Source of the DNA: Octopus bimaculoides
Lineage: Eukaryota
Direction: 5' to 3'
Length of the DNA: 64,000 nucleotides
Assembly: GCF_001194135.2 (NCBI RefSeq)
Contig: NC_068989.1
Location: forward strand, 26,055,607 to 26,119,606
Shown here: one piece after another, positions 1 through 11,880 of the stretch
Numbering within the stretch: position 1 is the stretch's first letter
Layout of the letters: every line of letters starts with the position of its first letter
The notes under the pieces: generated by a model
Seen by the model: the letters and a program-made list of their open reading frames with translations, nothing else
The model's database searches: none
What the model was told of the DNA's origin: nothing
Program-made: the position numbers and the translations under genes

Positions 1-880
1 CTACCGTGAAATCATTGATCGTGTTTACACTATGATGATGGATGATAAACGATCGAGTGTGAATCAAATAAAGAATTCTATTAACATTTCCCATCAGAAT
101 ACTCTGCTCAATAATCTTGGCATGACGAACATTTCTGCTCGGTGGGTGCTACGTCTTCTGACACCTAACCAAAAGCGCACCAAACTGATCACATCATGGG
201 AAAAGCTGACATTGTTTGAAGCAGATCTAGCTGGATTTGTTCAACGCTTCCTCACCTAGGATGAGTGTTTGGTTTATCACTTTGAGCCAGAGAGAAAGAA
301 ACAATACATGCAGTGTAAACACCCCTTCTTACCTGTTCGAAAGAAGGCCAAGTTTATTTCATCTGCTACGAAAGTGATGGCCCATTTGGCGGGGATGTAA
401 AATGCATTGTGTTTATTGACTATCTTCAAATGTGCAGCACCATCAACACAGAGTACTATGCCAACTTGCTGAGTTAGCTACAAAAGGCTATCAAGATTAA
501 ACGTCTAGCAGAACTGACCAAAATATCTTGTTTCAACAGGACAACGTTCTAGCAACAAGACCTTGATTTCAAAGGCTGCTCTGTGTGAATGTGGCTTTGA
601 AATGGTTGATCATCCTGCTTATTCTCTTGATTTGGCCACATCTGATTACCAACTGTTTCACAAGAAGGAAAAAAAGAACACTTAGTTGTGTGTTTTTGTT
701 TGGTGACCTTTTTGACGAACAGGACGACAGCTTCGTCACCAATGAGATCGAAGCACTGAGACGCCAATGAAAGAGATGTGTGATCCGCAAGGGGAAATAC
801 GATGAAAAATGAACCTCATTTGGTCACAGTTTATGAAATTGTTTTGGTCAGCCTAGGTACTTTTCAGCCAGAAAACGCAT
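1..880 (+). mobile_element. Decayed mariner (Tc1/mariner) transposon, 5' part outside the window
   Basis: Translation gives the WVPR-like motif ISARWVLRLLTPNQK, then T*DECLVYHFEPE, VFIDYLQ, LFQQDN and HPAYSLDLATSDYQLF (YSPDLAP motif). There are stops and frameshifts. The end resembles a mariner terminus (ggtcagcctaggtacttttcagcc). Confidence 0.9.
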
Positions 881-2514
881 GTAACTCGTTCTAAGATAAT
901 GTTTCTAAGATTATGTTTATAAGTGTTTCACTCATTATTTGCCTTTATGTATAACGTACACTTCCTAATATTGGAAATTTATAGAAGCATACAACCCCTT
1001 TTGTTACGTTGTTCTAAAAATTCCTTCTTGCTTTATATTTGCTTTATATTCGAGGTTCTCAGTTTGTATCACACAATTTTTATGCAATTCTCCTTGGGTT
1101 TATGATTGAAAATTCTATTCGAAATATATCGAGTCGTGGAATATCGTGTGACTGACGTAATTTCATAAAAATGGTTGATTTCTGTCCGGATGCATAGCGA
1201 GGCGATGACGTTAAAGTGAATAATGTTAGACTCAATCAATCGAAATGACTAGTAGGAGCGTTTTCTACAATAATATGCAGGTCTATGAAACATGATAATG
1301 TCTTAGATTTACTTTGTTCAAAAGTTCCGATATTTTACATTGTATGTGTCCCTGTGTTATCAAATTATAACCCACTCCGTTTGGTTATATGTATGTTTAA
1401 CATGTCCCTGCTCTATCTTCTTCTACACTTCCAACTTCATTTATTATAGAGGATTGCAATGAAAATATACTGCTGCATACTATTTACACGAATTAGAGAG
1501 AAAGAAATGGTTTATATAGAGTATGAAAACCACTGATTCGTTAACTGAGCTTACCTAGAGTAATATACTCTCTGATATATTTCTGTATATTAAATATAAA
1601 TATTGATTTCCAGTCTTAGTACAAAGTGAATCATTTCAGGTTAGATTTCTAGAAGAATTATTCGACAATTTATCTCATTTTATCGATCACTGATCCACAA
1701 AGAGCAAATTCAAACTTTGTTCGATTTGAACATAGTAGACAAAATTCTATCGAAAGTATTTACAAGGCAATCATTTAAAACTGTATTCAGAATTTATTCT
1801 TTTAATGCTTCTCTAAGTGATATGTCGATTTATCATAAAATTACCTTGCTGCTTTTCTGCAGGATAGTATGCATAATCAATTGAATCTACTGTGTATCTC
1901 TAGCTCTCTGTTCTTTAGTCATACCGACTGATGCACAAATAATAGAATGTCAGCAGAAAAGGAAAGCATTAGGAAGTGAAAAATATGTATCAGATGCAAA
2001 GCGCGTTATTGTTTTACCAACGCACTATCTTGCAGAAGTTAAATGTTCAGTATTATTGTCCTCTGCATAGAGTGTGTCAGGATTGTTCGTTTAACAAGGA
2101 ACTTAATATCAGCTTTCTCAAGTCTCCTCAAAGTCTAACGTATAACAGCTGGGTGCTTGTGCAGTCCTCCCTCCGTTGGTTATATTCACGATGTTATTGG
2201 AAGACTACAATTTCTGGGAAGATTACAATGTCTCTATGACTGTTCGCCACCGCATGGGCACCTGAAACAATGAGAGTATTATGGCACATCAAGCTACACG
2301 TACTCGACAGTGGGTAACGGCAGGCCTAACTTTAATGAACAATATAATTTTTGCGTATTTCGAAATATCTCTTATCACTTTAAAAAGAAAAATGCATTAT
2401 AATATTGGTTGTGAATATGTCTGTTTCAGTAAGGCGTCAGTATTATAAAGTTTAATATAAAACTACGTTTTGTCAGATTGGTTTTAGATAGGATATTTGC
2501 ATTTTTAAGAACAT

Positions 2515-3095
2515 TTTACTATGGTAATATCAGTTCAAATGTGGGCACAAGGTCAGCAATTTCAAGAGAGGAGGCTAAGTTGATTACATTGACCCAAACG
2601 TTCAACTAGTACTTGTTTTGTCGACCACTAAATGATGACAGACAAAATCAACCCCGACATCATTTGAACTCAGAGTGTAAAGTCGGAAGAAATACTGCTA
2701 AGCATTTTTTCCTGCGAGGTAACGAGTCTACCAGCTCGCCCGCCTTAAAGCAAAGTCGACATTGCCGGAATTTGAACTCAGAAAGTAAACTTGGGAGAAT
2801 TATTGCTAAGCATTTTGTTCGCTATGCATAAGATCTTACCAGCTTCCAGTCCTCTTTTACTTTACTATAGTGATATGGGTTTCAAATTTTGACTCAAGTC
2901 CAGTAATTTCAGCAGAGGGGTAAGTCAATTACATCGCTCCATGTGCTTCATCTGGTACTTATTTCAATCTACAGCGAAATTTGAGATGCAATTGCGGCCT
3001 GGATGGAATTTGAACTCAGAACATGATGCCACTAAGCATTTTGACCTGCGTTCTAACGGATTTGACAGATCGTCACACTTTTTACTATAGTAATA
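2515..3095 (-). mobile_element. Three tandem copies of a tRNA-derived SINE (family B)
   Basis: Three reverse-complement B-box regions (atttgaactcaga), each followed by ctaagcatttt. The motif ttttactat(a/g)gt(a/g)atat recurs at the unit boundaries. Same family as 51192-52322. Confidence 0.8.
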
Positions 3096-4261
3096 TCGAA
3101 ACTGTTTACGTTTCATCAATTAGGTAAACACTTTCGCGCATATTTACCTCCTAAATTCATTCTATAACATATTTCTGCTTATAATCCATGGTATAGAAAC
3201 ATTGTCGAAATATATAAAGATAGCGTTGTAAATATTACGTTGCCAATAACGAAAAATTAAATACACGCATAGACACACACACACAAACACACACACTCAT
3301 ACAGACAGACCTAGAGATACACACACACGCAAACGCACACGCACACGTACGTGTAATGTCAAATATACGATGATATTTTCTTCAGAAAAAATCACTCATA
3401 TTTGAAGAAAAGCAAAACAAATTAATAATGTATAGATCTAAAACATATTAAAATTCGAGTAAAATATTTGTTTTCATGTTTCTTTAATATGGTTCCGCGT
3501 TCTCTTAGTATAAACAAATATAAGGAGAAAAGTCGTCTAATATTAACCGGCACATTGTTTGCAATTCTCTAAACTTAAATTACCAAGAAGCTTTAGAAAT
3601 GCACGAGTTGCTTATAGGGATGAAGACACATGGCTTCTTAATAAACTGCTATTATTGAGAGAATTTCACACAATTATTAAACTGTCGTGCATGCACTATT
3701 TAGTTGGAAAGATTTGCGTTCTGATTTCAATTTTCTGAGGTTGGCTTTTCTTTTCATCCCTCGTGAATCTATAACAAATAATTCTTAAGTATTGGGCTCG
3801 ATATTATTTTCATATTTATATATATTTTGTAGGATTTTCCATCCCACGTTGATTTGTATTTTGGGTCGAACTGAGATGTTTTTCGGATATGCCGTATTGC
3901 CATTCTATGCAACATTAAAATAGCTTGGCTTGTGATATTACTTTAATATTTTATGTAATATATCAACTCTGTTGTATATCGGGAGCTGCGCAGTGTATTA
4001 TCTATCTGCTACATGTACCGTGTCATATTATTGGATGGCGGCTCTGTAGTATGTGTTATTGATGGTTTGAATACTGCATGAGCGTATCGTCTATATTTTC
4101 CGATTCTTTCGAGATTGTGCTGTTTGGGTTATAACATATTAGCAAGATACAGTTCGTTTAGTTGTGAATATTGCGCAAAATAGCACATCCCTCTAACATA
4201 TAATCAACAAAAGATTTGTACTAATTAACTGGATGTGTGACAAACATATTTGATAAGGTTG

Positions 4262-4408
4262 TCAGTTCCCCTCTACCAAATCCACTCACAAGACTTTGGT
4301 CGGCACGAACGTATAGTAGAAGACACTTGCCTAAGGTGCCACGAAGTTGGATTGCACACGGAACCATGTGGTTTGTAAGGAAGCTTCTTACCACACAGCT
4401 ACTTCTGT
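4262..4408 (-). mobile_element. tRNA-derived SINE (family A, CORE-like centre), head fragment
   Basis: Reverse complement matches the head at 14278 and 61393 (tgtggtaag...cacatggttcc...ggcaccttaggcaagtgtcttctactata). Confidence 0.85.
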
Positions 4409-4608
4409 GCGTGTATGTGCGTGTGTGTTAGTAATTCATTTCGTAACTACTTGGAATTTTACACAATGCATTAATTCTCACATCTCCCAATATGATGTCT
4501 GAAACTTGAACAAGTTAGTGAATGTAACCATAAATTTACGCTAATAGACATATCCTACAATACTCGCTGCCAGCTTCAATTGTTTGTAGGTTTTTATACA
4601 TATATATA

Positions 4609-4649
<41 letters not shown>

Positions 4650-4650
4650 C

Positions 4651-4712
<62 letters not shown>

Positions 4713-4713
4713 G

Positions 4714-4744
<31 letters not shown>

Positions 4745-4787
4745 ATATATATATATATATATATATATTTATGCATTTGTATCTTAG

Positions 4788-4820
<33 letters not shown>

Positions 4821-4830
4821 TAGAGAGATA
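4609..4830. repeat. Compound microsatellite (CTAT)n-(CT)n-(AT)n-(AGAT)n-(AG)n
   Basis: Directly visible. Confidence 0.95.
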
Positions 4831-4934
4831 GGTACATAGAGAGCTGGACAGACACACATATATATATATTATCTTTATCTTATGATATTTACTTTGTTTT
4901 ATATTATACTCATTTATTGTGCTTTTAATTATTA

Positions 4935-5125
4935 ATTTTTCTATATGTGATAATGGATTTTCATCGATGAGTTCTTGAAACTTGGTTCCTTTCCCTAAAA
5001 CTATATATTTTATATATATTTTAATCTATAAAGCTCAATTTAATTTAATTTTTTTATAAATTGATTTTAATTGAGTTTTTACCTGTAATTTTGGATTTTG
5101 TCCCTAATATTATATATATATATAT
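4935..5125 (+). repeat. About 190-bp AT-rich dispersed repeat, inverted copy at 20090-20284 (probably a Penelope terminal repeat)
   Basis: ttttctatatgtgataatggattttcatcgatgagttcttgaaacttgg...tttacctgtaattttgga matches the reverse complement of 20090-20284 with scattered substitutions. The Penelope assignment is inference. Confidence 0.75.
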
Positions 5126-5463
5126 AAATACATTACACATACATACGTTTACACATGATGTAAAGGGTGCTGTAGAGAGCTCATGGTTTTTAGGCATTTA
5201 TATTATATCGATTATACCATTAAAAATACATAGCGGGTCCTTGCTGGTATCGTATTAAAAATAATGATTGGTGTTCATTAACAGATCTACATCTGAAAGT
5301 AATTCCTTTCGTAGTAGTGTAAATATTGCTTTACTTGTTTTCTGTCCAGTGGTTAGACAACATTGAATACATCTCAGATGAAAATTGGTTCAGTCATAGT
5401 GATATGTTTCTGTATGCAAATATCTAATACCATTTTATCCAGTCTGTTAAAGTCTGTCATACC

Positions 5464-5503
5464 GGCCATGACGAAGGGAAATAGCCCTGAAACTCGAGTC
5501 GCC
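5464..5503 (+). ncRNA. Degenerate minimal type-I hammerhead ribozyme motif
   Basis: Parses as ggc-C(A)TGACGA-aggg aaatag ccct-GAAA-c tcga g-TC-gcc: a 4-bp stem II, a 1-bp stem III with a palindromic TCGA loop, a GTC triplet and a 3-bp stem I. Confidence 0.5.
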
Positions 5504-6989
5504 TTTATATATTTATATTTATATTTATATATTTGATCCTTTATATTGAACACTCAATACTTTATTTCATGGTGCCATCCATTTTTATTTTATTTTATCT
5601 TATATTATATATTGTATATTATATATTCTATTATATATTGTATATTCCATATTCTATACCCCACATTGGTTCTGCAGGAATATAAATAAAACATAAAAAA
5701 CAGACAGTGTTGGAACTCTTTTAAACAAAATAATATATATATNNNNNNNNNNNNNNNNNNNNNNNNNNNNNNNNNNNNNNNNNNNNNNNNNNNNNNNNNN
5801 NNNNNNNNNNNNNNNNNNNNNNNNNNNNNNNNNNNNNNNNNNNNNNNNNNNNNNNNNNNNNNNNNNNNNNNNNNNNNNNNNNNNNNNNNNNNNNNNNNNN
5901 NNNNNNNNNNNNNNNNNNNNNNNNNNNNNNNNNNNNNNNNNNNNNNNNNNNNNNNNNNNNNNNNNNNNNNNNTATATATATACACACACACACACATTTT
6001 AATACTTATAGAGAATTTTAATTGATTGTCTTTTACTAAAAGTTGAAAGCACAGGCTCGAGATTTCTGTTTGGGGTCGAATGTTAATATTTTTGCATGGG
6101 TGTATATTTCTATGACATCAATATTTGCTGACGATCACATCACACTGCATTTGTCATTCTAACTTATATTCAAGTGCACTAGTAGCTAAAAAATTATATT
6201 ACTATAATTTGTCTAGGGAATAGAATTTCTTGCTAAGTTTTAGCATGCATATCTCACCATTTATTTTCAAGAGATGTTATTATTGCTTCTTTAGATTGCA
6301 GATTTGTTAACCAATGAAACGTTCAGTGGCGCATCCTGCAAAATATAAAATATGCATACAAAAGTTTTTAAACATTGGTTCTAGCGTAAGAGTCATATTC
6401 CTACAAATTGATTTCAATTCCCTCTTCGCCTGCCATAATTTTACTGCACAATTTACCATTTATTTTCCTGATAAAATATATTTTTATAACCATCCTGTAC
6501 ATTTACAACTCTATATTGGGACAACGATGTTATATATGGAAATATATCCGTTGTTCATTTAGATTTCAATCTCGACACTGAAGCTTCTAGAATTTGAAAG
6601 CATTTCACTCTCAAATCACACGGACTCTCCTTTGAAAACCGACATGGTAACAGAAAGCAAAATATAGGATATACCACTGATGGCAGAATTGCTCGGTTAC
6701 TGTTGATCTTGGGCAAGTCAAAGAATATTTTTGCACCAAGATATGAACTTCAAATATTTATCCGTGATGTTTTCTGTCAATGCTGAAATGAAGCTGGCAT
6801 ATTTTCGAAATAAGACAAAATGTGGACTTTAGTTATAACAATGTTGTTAATTTTCAAACGGATGTTAACTATCCGGGTGCAGATACAAAAGCAAATGTAT
6901 TACATCCATTTGGTGCTTAAATCAAACACAGATTAGCTTATATTGTATTATTCTATGTCTCACTATCTGGGGTAGTTGGAAGCAATATT

Positions 6990-7140
6990 GGTTGTAAATT
7001 TTGTCACAAGGCCAGTAATTTCAGGAGAGGGATAATTCGATTACAGTGAGAAGAGGAAAAGCAAAGTCGACCTCGGCAGAATTTAGACTCAGAATGTAAA
7101 GACAGACATAAGGCTGCTAAGCATTTTGCCCGGCGTACTC
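6990..7140 (-). mobile_element. SINE family B, partially deleted copy
   Basis: gcaaagtcgacctcggcagaatttagactcagaatgtaaagac...ctaagcattttgcccggcgt is the reverse complement of the family B head and centre. Confidence 0.85.
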
Positions 7141-7146
7141 GCTACC

Positions 7147-7181
7147 AATACTTCTTAATACCAAAGGTATTAAGAAGTATT
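7147..7181. repeat. Perfect 16-bp inverted repeat with a 3-nt loop
   Basis: aatacttcttaatacc-aaa-ggtattaagaagtatt. Confidence 0.95.
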
Positions 7182-8479
7182 TTTGCTCAAAGATAGTGCT
7201 GCATTTGTTACTGTATTGCTTTTTAGTTGGTAAGCTAATTCGAAATCGTTTGGGTGTGCTTTAACATCTAATTATAATGTGGTTCCTTAGCAGATCATTA
7301 AAATTTACAGCAAAAAGGCTTGCGGCATGTGTCCCTGGCCTGTTACCTACTGAGTTCAGAGCCCCAACATACTGCATTAATGTTCCTCACACGTTCCGTT
7401 GAGTTGTTGCCGTTATTCAACTCATAAAGGAAAATATGCCGAATATGCTCCTTTGTCACTTCTTTTGTCACTGTTAAAATTGTACTGCTCTCTTCAAATC
7501 TTGCACTAAGAATAAGCACAAGGTAAAATTACTACCTGCTTATATAGCAAGATGATGCAGGTAGTTTTTACTGACCCTCTACGTCTTTTAGTTCATGCAA
7601 TTAAAAAAACCCACATTACTTATGTGACGGCCCAATGTATATAAATAGTTGATAAGCAGCTTTCTATATTGTAATACGCATGTGACTAATTTGGACAAAT
7701 ATTACTTTCATTATATACACATCGTTACTCTCGTAATTCAACACTTTGTAATTTTGTTTCAAATTGAAGGTATGCAACTGTTTTCAATTTTTAATGAAAC
7801 CTGCGCGTTGTAGAGCATTGTCCATCAAATAACTAAAGCTGGTTTTTGAGGCAACGTAGAAAATATGCAAATAAAAATAAAGTTTATTTGGTAAGCCTAA
7901 GATAACTGAATCGTTTGATACACCATACGTCAAAATAGGCAACTCAGTTTTCGAATGCATACGGAACATGCGCATACACACAAATACAAACTCTCTTTTA
8001 TATATATAGATTGTAAATGTTATGTATTTGTGTGTGTGTATGTGTGTGCATGTATGTGTATGCGTGTGTGTGTGTGTGTGTGTGTGTTTACACTATTACA
8101 TACTGATGCCCATTTGTGAACTCACATACATGCATACATACTATTGATGATTCCGTTCACTTCATTGTGAAACCAAACATTGTTCAATATGTGTGCATAC
8201 ATATATCTATTTAAAAATACCCGTAGTGTCGCTCTCATGAATGTACATATCTACATGTACCTGTACCAATCTTTTTCCACTTATTTCCTTTACGAATTTT
8301 CTCTATCTGTATCAATTCATTCAGGCATCAGAATATACTTTCAAAACACGGAAAATAAACTACAGTGTAACCTTATTGGGGGTTCTTTGTTTAGATTTAT
8401 TCATTTCTATATATCGTGATATGTCTGTTTACTTTTAATAATTCCACTTTGAAAATAACTATGATTTTCATCTAATAAA

Positions 8480-8800
8480 CAATGTTCTGCAAGTACTTGT
8501 ATACCATTCGCTATTTTGTTCGTTGCAAATCGGTGACCGATGGTGACTTGGATTACAATATATTCTTAGTGTTAGCGGACTCTAGCTATCGCTCTGTTAT
8601 ACAGGCGCTCGCGACTGAGGATAAATTAAATTGCTTGAAACAGGATCAGTCTCGCGATCCTAATATCTGTTAGAGGGTTTAGGCGATGGACCCGGCCCCT
8701 GCTAACAATATATTGTATGTAAAAAGGTGAAGAGTCACACCGATAACCAGCTGATGAGGAAACTGCCTGATATTAAGCTAGTAGTAACGTTCAACAGCCA
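8480..8800 (+). mobile_element. Possible 5' UTR fragment of an RTE-like LINE
   Basis: gggtttaggcgatggacccggcccctgctaacaatatattgtatgtaaaaa resembles RTE 5' regions from recall. No protein motif supports it. Confidence 0.25.
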
Positions 8801-8825
8801 CTTTGATGTCACGACTGCCTTTACT

Positions 8826-8897
<72 letters not shown>

Positions 8898-8943
8898 GTG
8901 TGTGTGCGTGTGCGTGCGTGTGCGTGTGTGTGTATGCATGTAT

Positions 8944-9110
8944 ATACTACCAGAGACTCCCGTGTTGCCCGGGAATGAAAGTGTTCCCTATATATTGGAA
9001 GAAAATCGCGATATATATTGTATAGAAATCTGTTATTCTAAATTCAATTTATTCTTCAACTGAATCACAATTCATTCTTTAATTGGGAAATCAATTCTGA
9101 ATTCATAATG
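8944..9110 (+). mobile_element. 5' end of a non-autonomous Helitron/Helentron-like repeat
   Basis: The start tactaccagagactcccgtgttgcccggg resembles the reverse-strand start at about 59000 (ctagcagagatacccggcggtgcccgtg). The family assignment is from recall. Confidence 0.45.
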
Positions 9111-9111
9111 C

Positions 9112-9185
<74 letters not shown>
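9112..9185. repeat. (AAT)n followed by (ATT)n, a palindromic microsatellite
   Basis: Directly visible; the centre is taatta at about 9152-9157. Confidence 0.95.
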
Positions 9186-9186
<1 letters not shown>

Positions 9187-9690
9187 AAATAGGCACACGC
9201 CAGAAAGGGTCACACAAAACGAGAAAGCAACCATACTCTGGGATGTGCCAATACACAGAGACAGAAATTAAGCCAATAGGCCAGATATACTTGTCAGAGA
9301 TCTGAAGGAAAAAAATGCTTTCTAATTGATGGATCAATTCCAGCAGATGACAACGTTTCCCTAAAAGAAATGGAGAAACTTTCAAAATACAAAGACCTGG
9401 AAATAGAGGTAACTCGAATGTGGAATCTAAAAACAGAAACAATTCTTATCATAGTAGGCGCATTAGGTATGATAAAAAAATATTCAGACAATTACATAAA
9501 ATAAACACCAGGACTTACAAATATATATAACATACAGTAAATTGCACTATTGGGCACTGCACACATCCTACGCAAAACACTTTTAGTACAGTAACCATAA
9601 GAGCATCACAGCAAACCACAGCACAGACCCAAGGCACACAGAGCTGCGCTCGGTAGTGAAGTGAAAGCACGCTATAAAACTAAAACTACT
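9186..9690 (+). mobile_element. R4/Dong-type non-LTR retrotransposon, 3' fragment (restriction-like endonuclease domain plus 3' UTR)
   Basis: Translation gives ATILWDVPIH..KANRPDILVRDLKEKKCFLIDGSIPADDNVSLKEMEKLSKYKDL..MWNLKTETILIIVGALG..IALLGTAHILRKTL, an RPD...D...K RLE motif. The element ends in (TAA)n. Confidence 0.9.
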
Positions 9691-9696
9691 GATTTA

Positions 9697-9720
9697 TAAT
9701 AATAATAATAATATCAATAG

Positions 9721-9800
<80 letters not shown>
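9697..9800 (+). repeat. (TAA)n microsatellite / LINE tail
   Basis: Directly visible. Confidence 0.95.
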
Positions 9801-11342
9801 TAGAAAGGATTGAGGTAACTCCTCCTGAAGATATAGAGTCAAAATTAAAAGAANNNNNNNNNNNNNNNNNNNNNNNNNNNNNNNNNNNNNNNNNNNNNNN
9901 NNNNNNNNNNNNNNNNNNNNNNNNNNNNNNNNNNNNNNNNNNNNNNNNNNNNNNNNNNNNNNNNNNNNNNNNNNNNNNNNNNNNNNNNNNNNNNNNNNNN
10001 NNNNNNNNNNNNNNNNNNNNNNNNNNNNNNNNNNNNNNNNNNNNNNNNNNNNNNNNNNNNNNNNNNNNNNNNNNNNNNNNNNNNNNNNNNNNNNNNNNNN
10101 NNNNNNNNNNNNNNNNNNNNNNNNNNNNNNNNNNNNNNNNNNNNNNNNNNNNNNNNNNNNNNNNNNNNNNNNNNNNNNNNNNNNNNNNNNNNNNNNNNNN
10201 NNNNNNNNNNNNNNNNNNNNNNATATTTCGACATCTCGCGTGTCTTCCACTGGTTCAAAAAATAAATTTGTCAATCTACTTCATTTTGTTTAATATAGAA
10301 AGGATTGAGGTAACTCCTCCTGAAGATGTAGAGTCAAAATTAAAAGAAGAGTGCCATTTGCTATCTTGTGAACAATATTTCGACATCTCGCGTGTCTTCC
10401 ACTGGTTCAAAAAATAAATTTGTCAATCTACTTCATTTTGGTTAATATAGAAAGGATTGAGGTAACTCCTCCTGAAGATATAGAGTCAAAATTAAAAGAA
10501 GAGTGCTGTAGTTGTTGGTCACTTTTTGCAAAGAGCTTTAAATCAATCATCCATGTAAATGACATGATTCATATTTTTATCAAACATTTTATAAACATAT
10601 TGTACAACTCTATATCTTCAGGAGGAGTTATCTCAATCCTTTCTATATTAACCAAAATGAAGTAGATTGACAAATTTATTTTTTGAACCAGTGGAAGACA
10701 CGCGAGATGTCGAAATATTGTTCACAAGTTAGCAAAGGGCACTCTTCTTTTAATTTTGACTCTATATCTTCAGGAGGAGTTACCTCAATCCTTTCTATAT
10801 TAACCAAAATGAAGTAGATTGACAAATTTNNNNNNNNNNNNNNNNNNNNNNNNNNNNNNNNNNNNNNNNNNNNNNNNNNNNNNNNNNNNNNNNNNNNNNN
10901 NNNNNNNNNNNNNNNNNNNNNNNNNNNNNNNNNNNNNNNNNNNNNNNNNNNNNNNNNNNNNNNNNNNNNNNNNNNNNNNNNNNNNNNNNNNNNNNNNNNN
11001 NNNNNNNNNNNNNNNNNNNNNNNNNNNNNNNNNNNNNNAACTCTATATCTTCAGGAGGAGTTATCTCAATCCTTTCTATATTAACCAAAATGAAGTAGAT
11101 TGACAAATTTATTTTTTGAACCAGTGGAAGACACGCGAGATGTCGAAATATTGTTCACAAGATAGCAAATGGCACTCTTCTTTTAATTTTGACTCTATAT
11201 CTTCAGGAGGAGTTACCTCAATCCTTTCTATATTAACCAAAATGAAGTAGATTGACAAATTTCTTTTTTGAACCAGTGGAAGACACGCGAGACGTCGAAA
11301 TATTGTTCACAAGATAGCAAATGGCATTCTTCTTTTAATTTT
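9801..11342. repeat. 152-bp tandem array, + orientation 9801-10506 and inverted 10607-11342, with two N-gaps
   Basis: The unit is taactcctcctgaagatatagagtcaaaattaaaagaagagtgccatttg...aatatagaaaggattgagg. The period of 152 comes from tagaaagg at 10296 and 10448. Reverse-complement copies follow 10607. Confidence 0.9.
10506..10608 (-). mobile_element. 103-bp LINE RT fragment at the inversion point of the array
   Basis: Reverse complement of 14971-15073; I count 2 mismatches. Confidence 0.9.
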
Positions 11343-11375
11343 AATAATAATAATAATATTAATAATAATAATAAT

Positions 11376-11880
11376 GCCAAGAATGATCCATTGGCAGCTA
11401 TGTGAAAATCACTGCCTACAAAGTGTAAAGATGTTGTATGAGCAATCTCCGAGAGAGTTACAGAGAATGAGAATTGCAAAATCTTGTGGGAAGCAATGAT
11501 CCAGTGCTGATCCCGCGACCAGTCATTGGAAACCGTTGATAACAGGATCAATGTGGGAAAAGAAAAGAAAAAGCAAATATGGCTATTTGTAGAGAGAAAT
11601 ACGAAAGTTGCGGCCAATGAAGAGTGTAGAGGTGATACCGATAGTAATTAGTGCAGTTGGAATTATCAGCCTTCAACTTCCAAGATACCCGAAAAAGGAT
11701 CGGCTTAAGTGTGAAAGTAGAAGACTTTAAAATATCATCATAGCTTGGAAATGCAAGAATTCTTCGCAAGATTCTTGAGCCAGGATCAACAAACAAGTGT
11801 CACATTAGTCTACTGGCAGTGTAAAGCCGACACTTTCCATTATACCCAGGAAAATAAGCTGTGAGATTTCATACAATAAT
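11376..11880 (+). mobile_element. Second RLE-type (R4/Dong-like) LINE 3' fragment, different subfamily
   Basis: ARMIHWQLCE, RVTENENCKILWEAMIQC, VEVIPIVISAVG and LGNARILRKILE. Flanked by (TAA)n upstream and ends in aataataat. Confidence 0.8.

Noticed and set aside
4950-5000. tcgatgagttcttgaaac as a possible hammerhead
   Set aside because: No stem I pairing and no credible stem II.
7526-7570. Short hairpin actacctgc...gcaggtagt recalling let-7/miR-196 seed-like sequence
   Set aside because: The stem is only 9 bp and the rest of a mature miRNA sequence is absent.
9801-11342. CRISPR-like repeat array
   Set aside because: The units are contiguous 152-bp repeats without unique spacers, there are no cas genes, and the context is eukaryotic.
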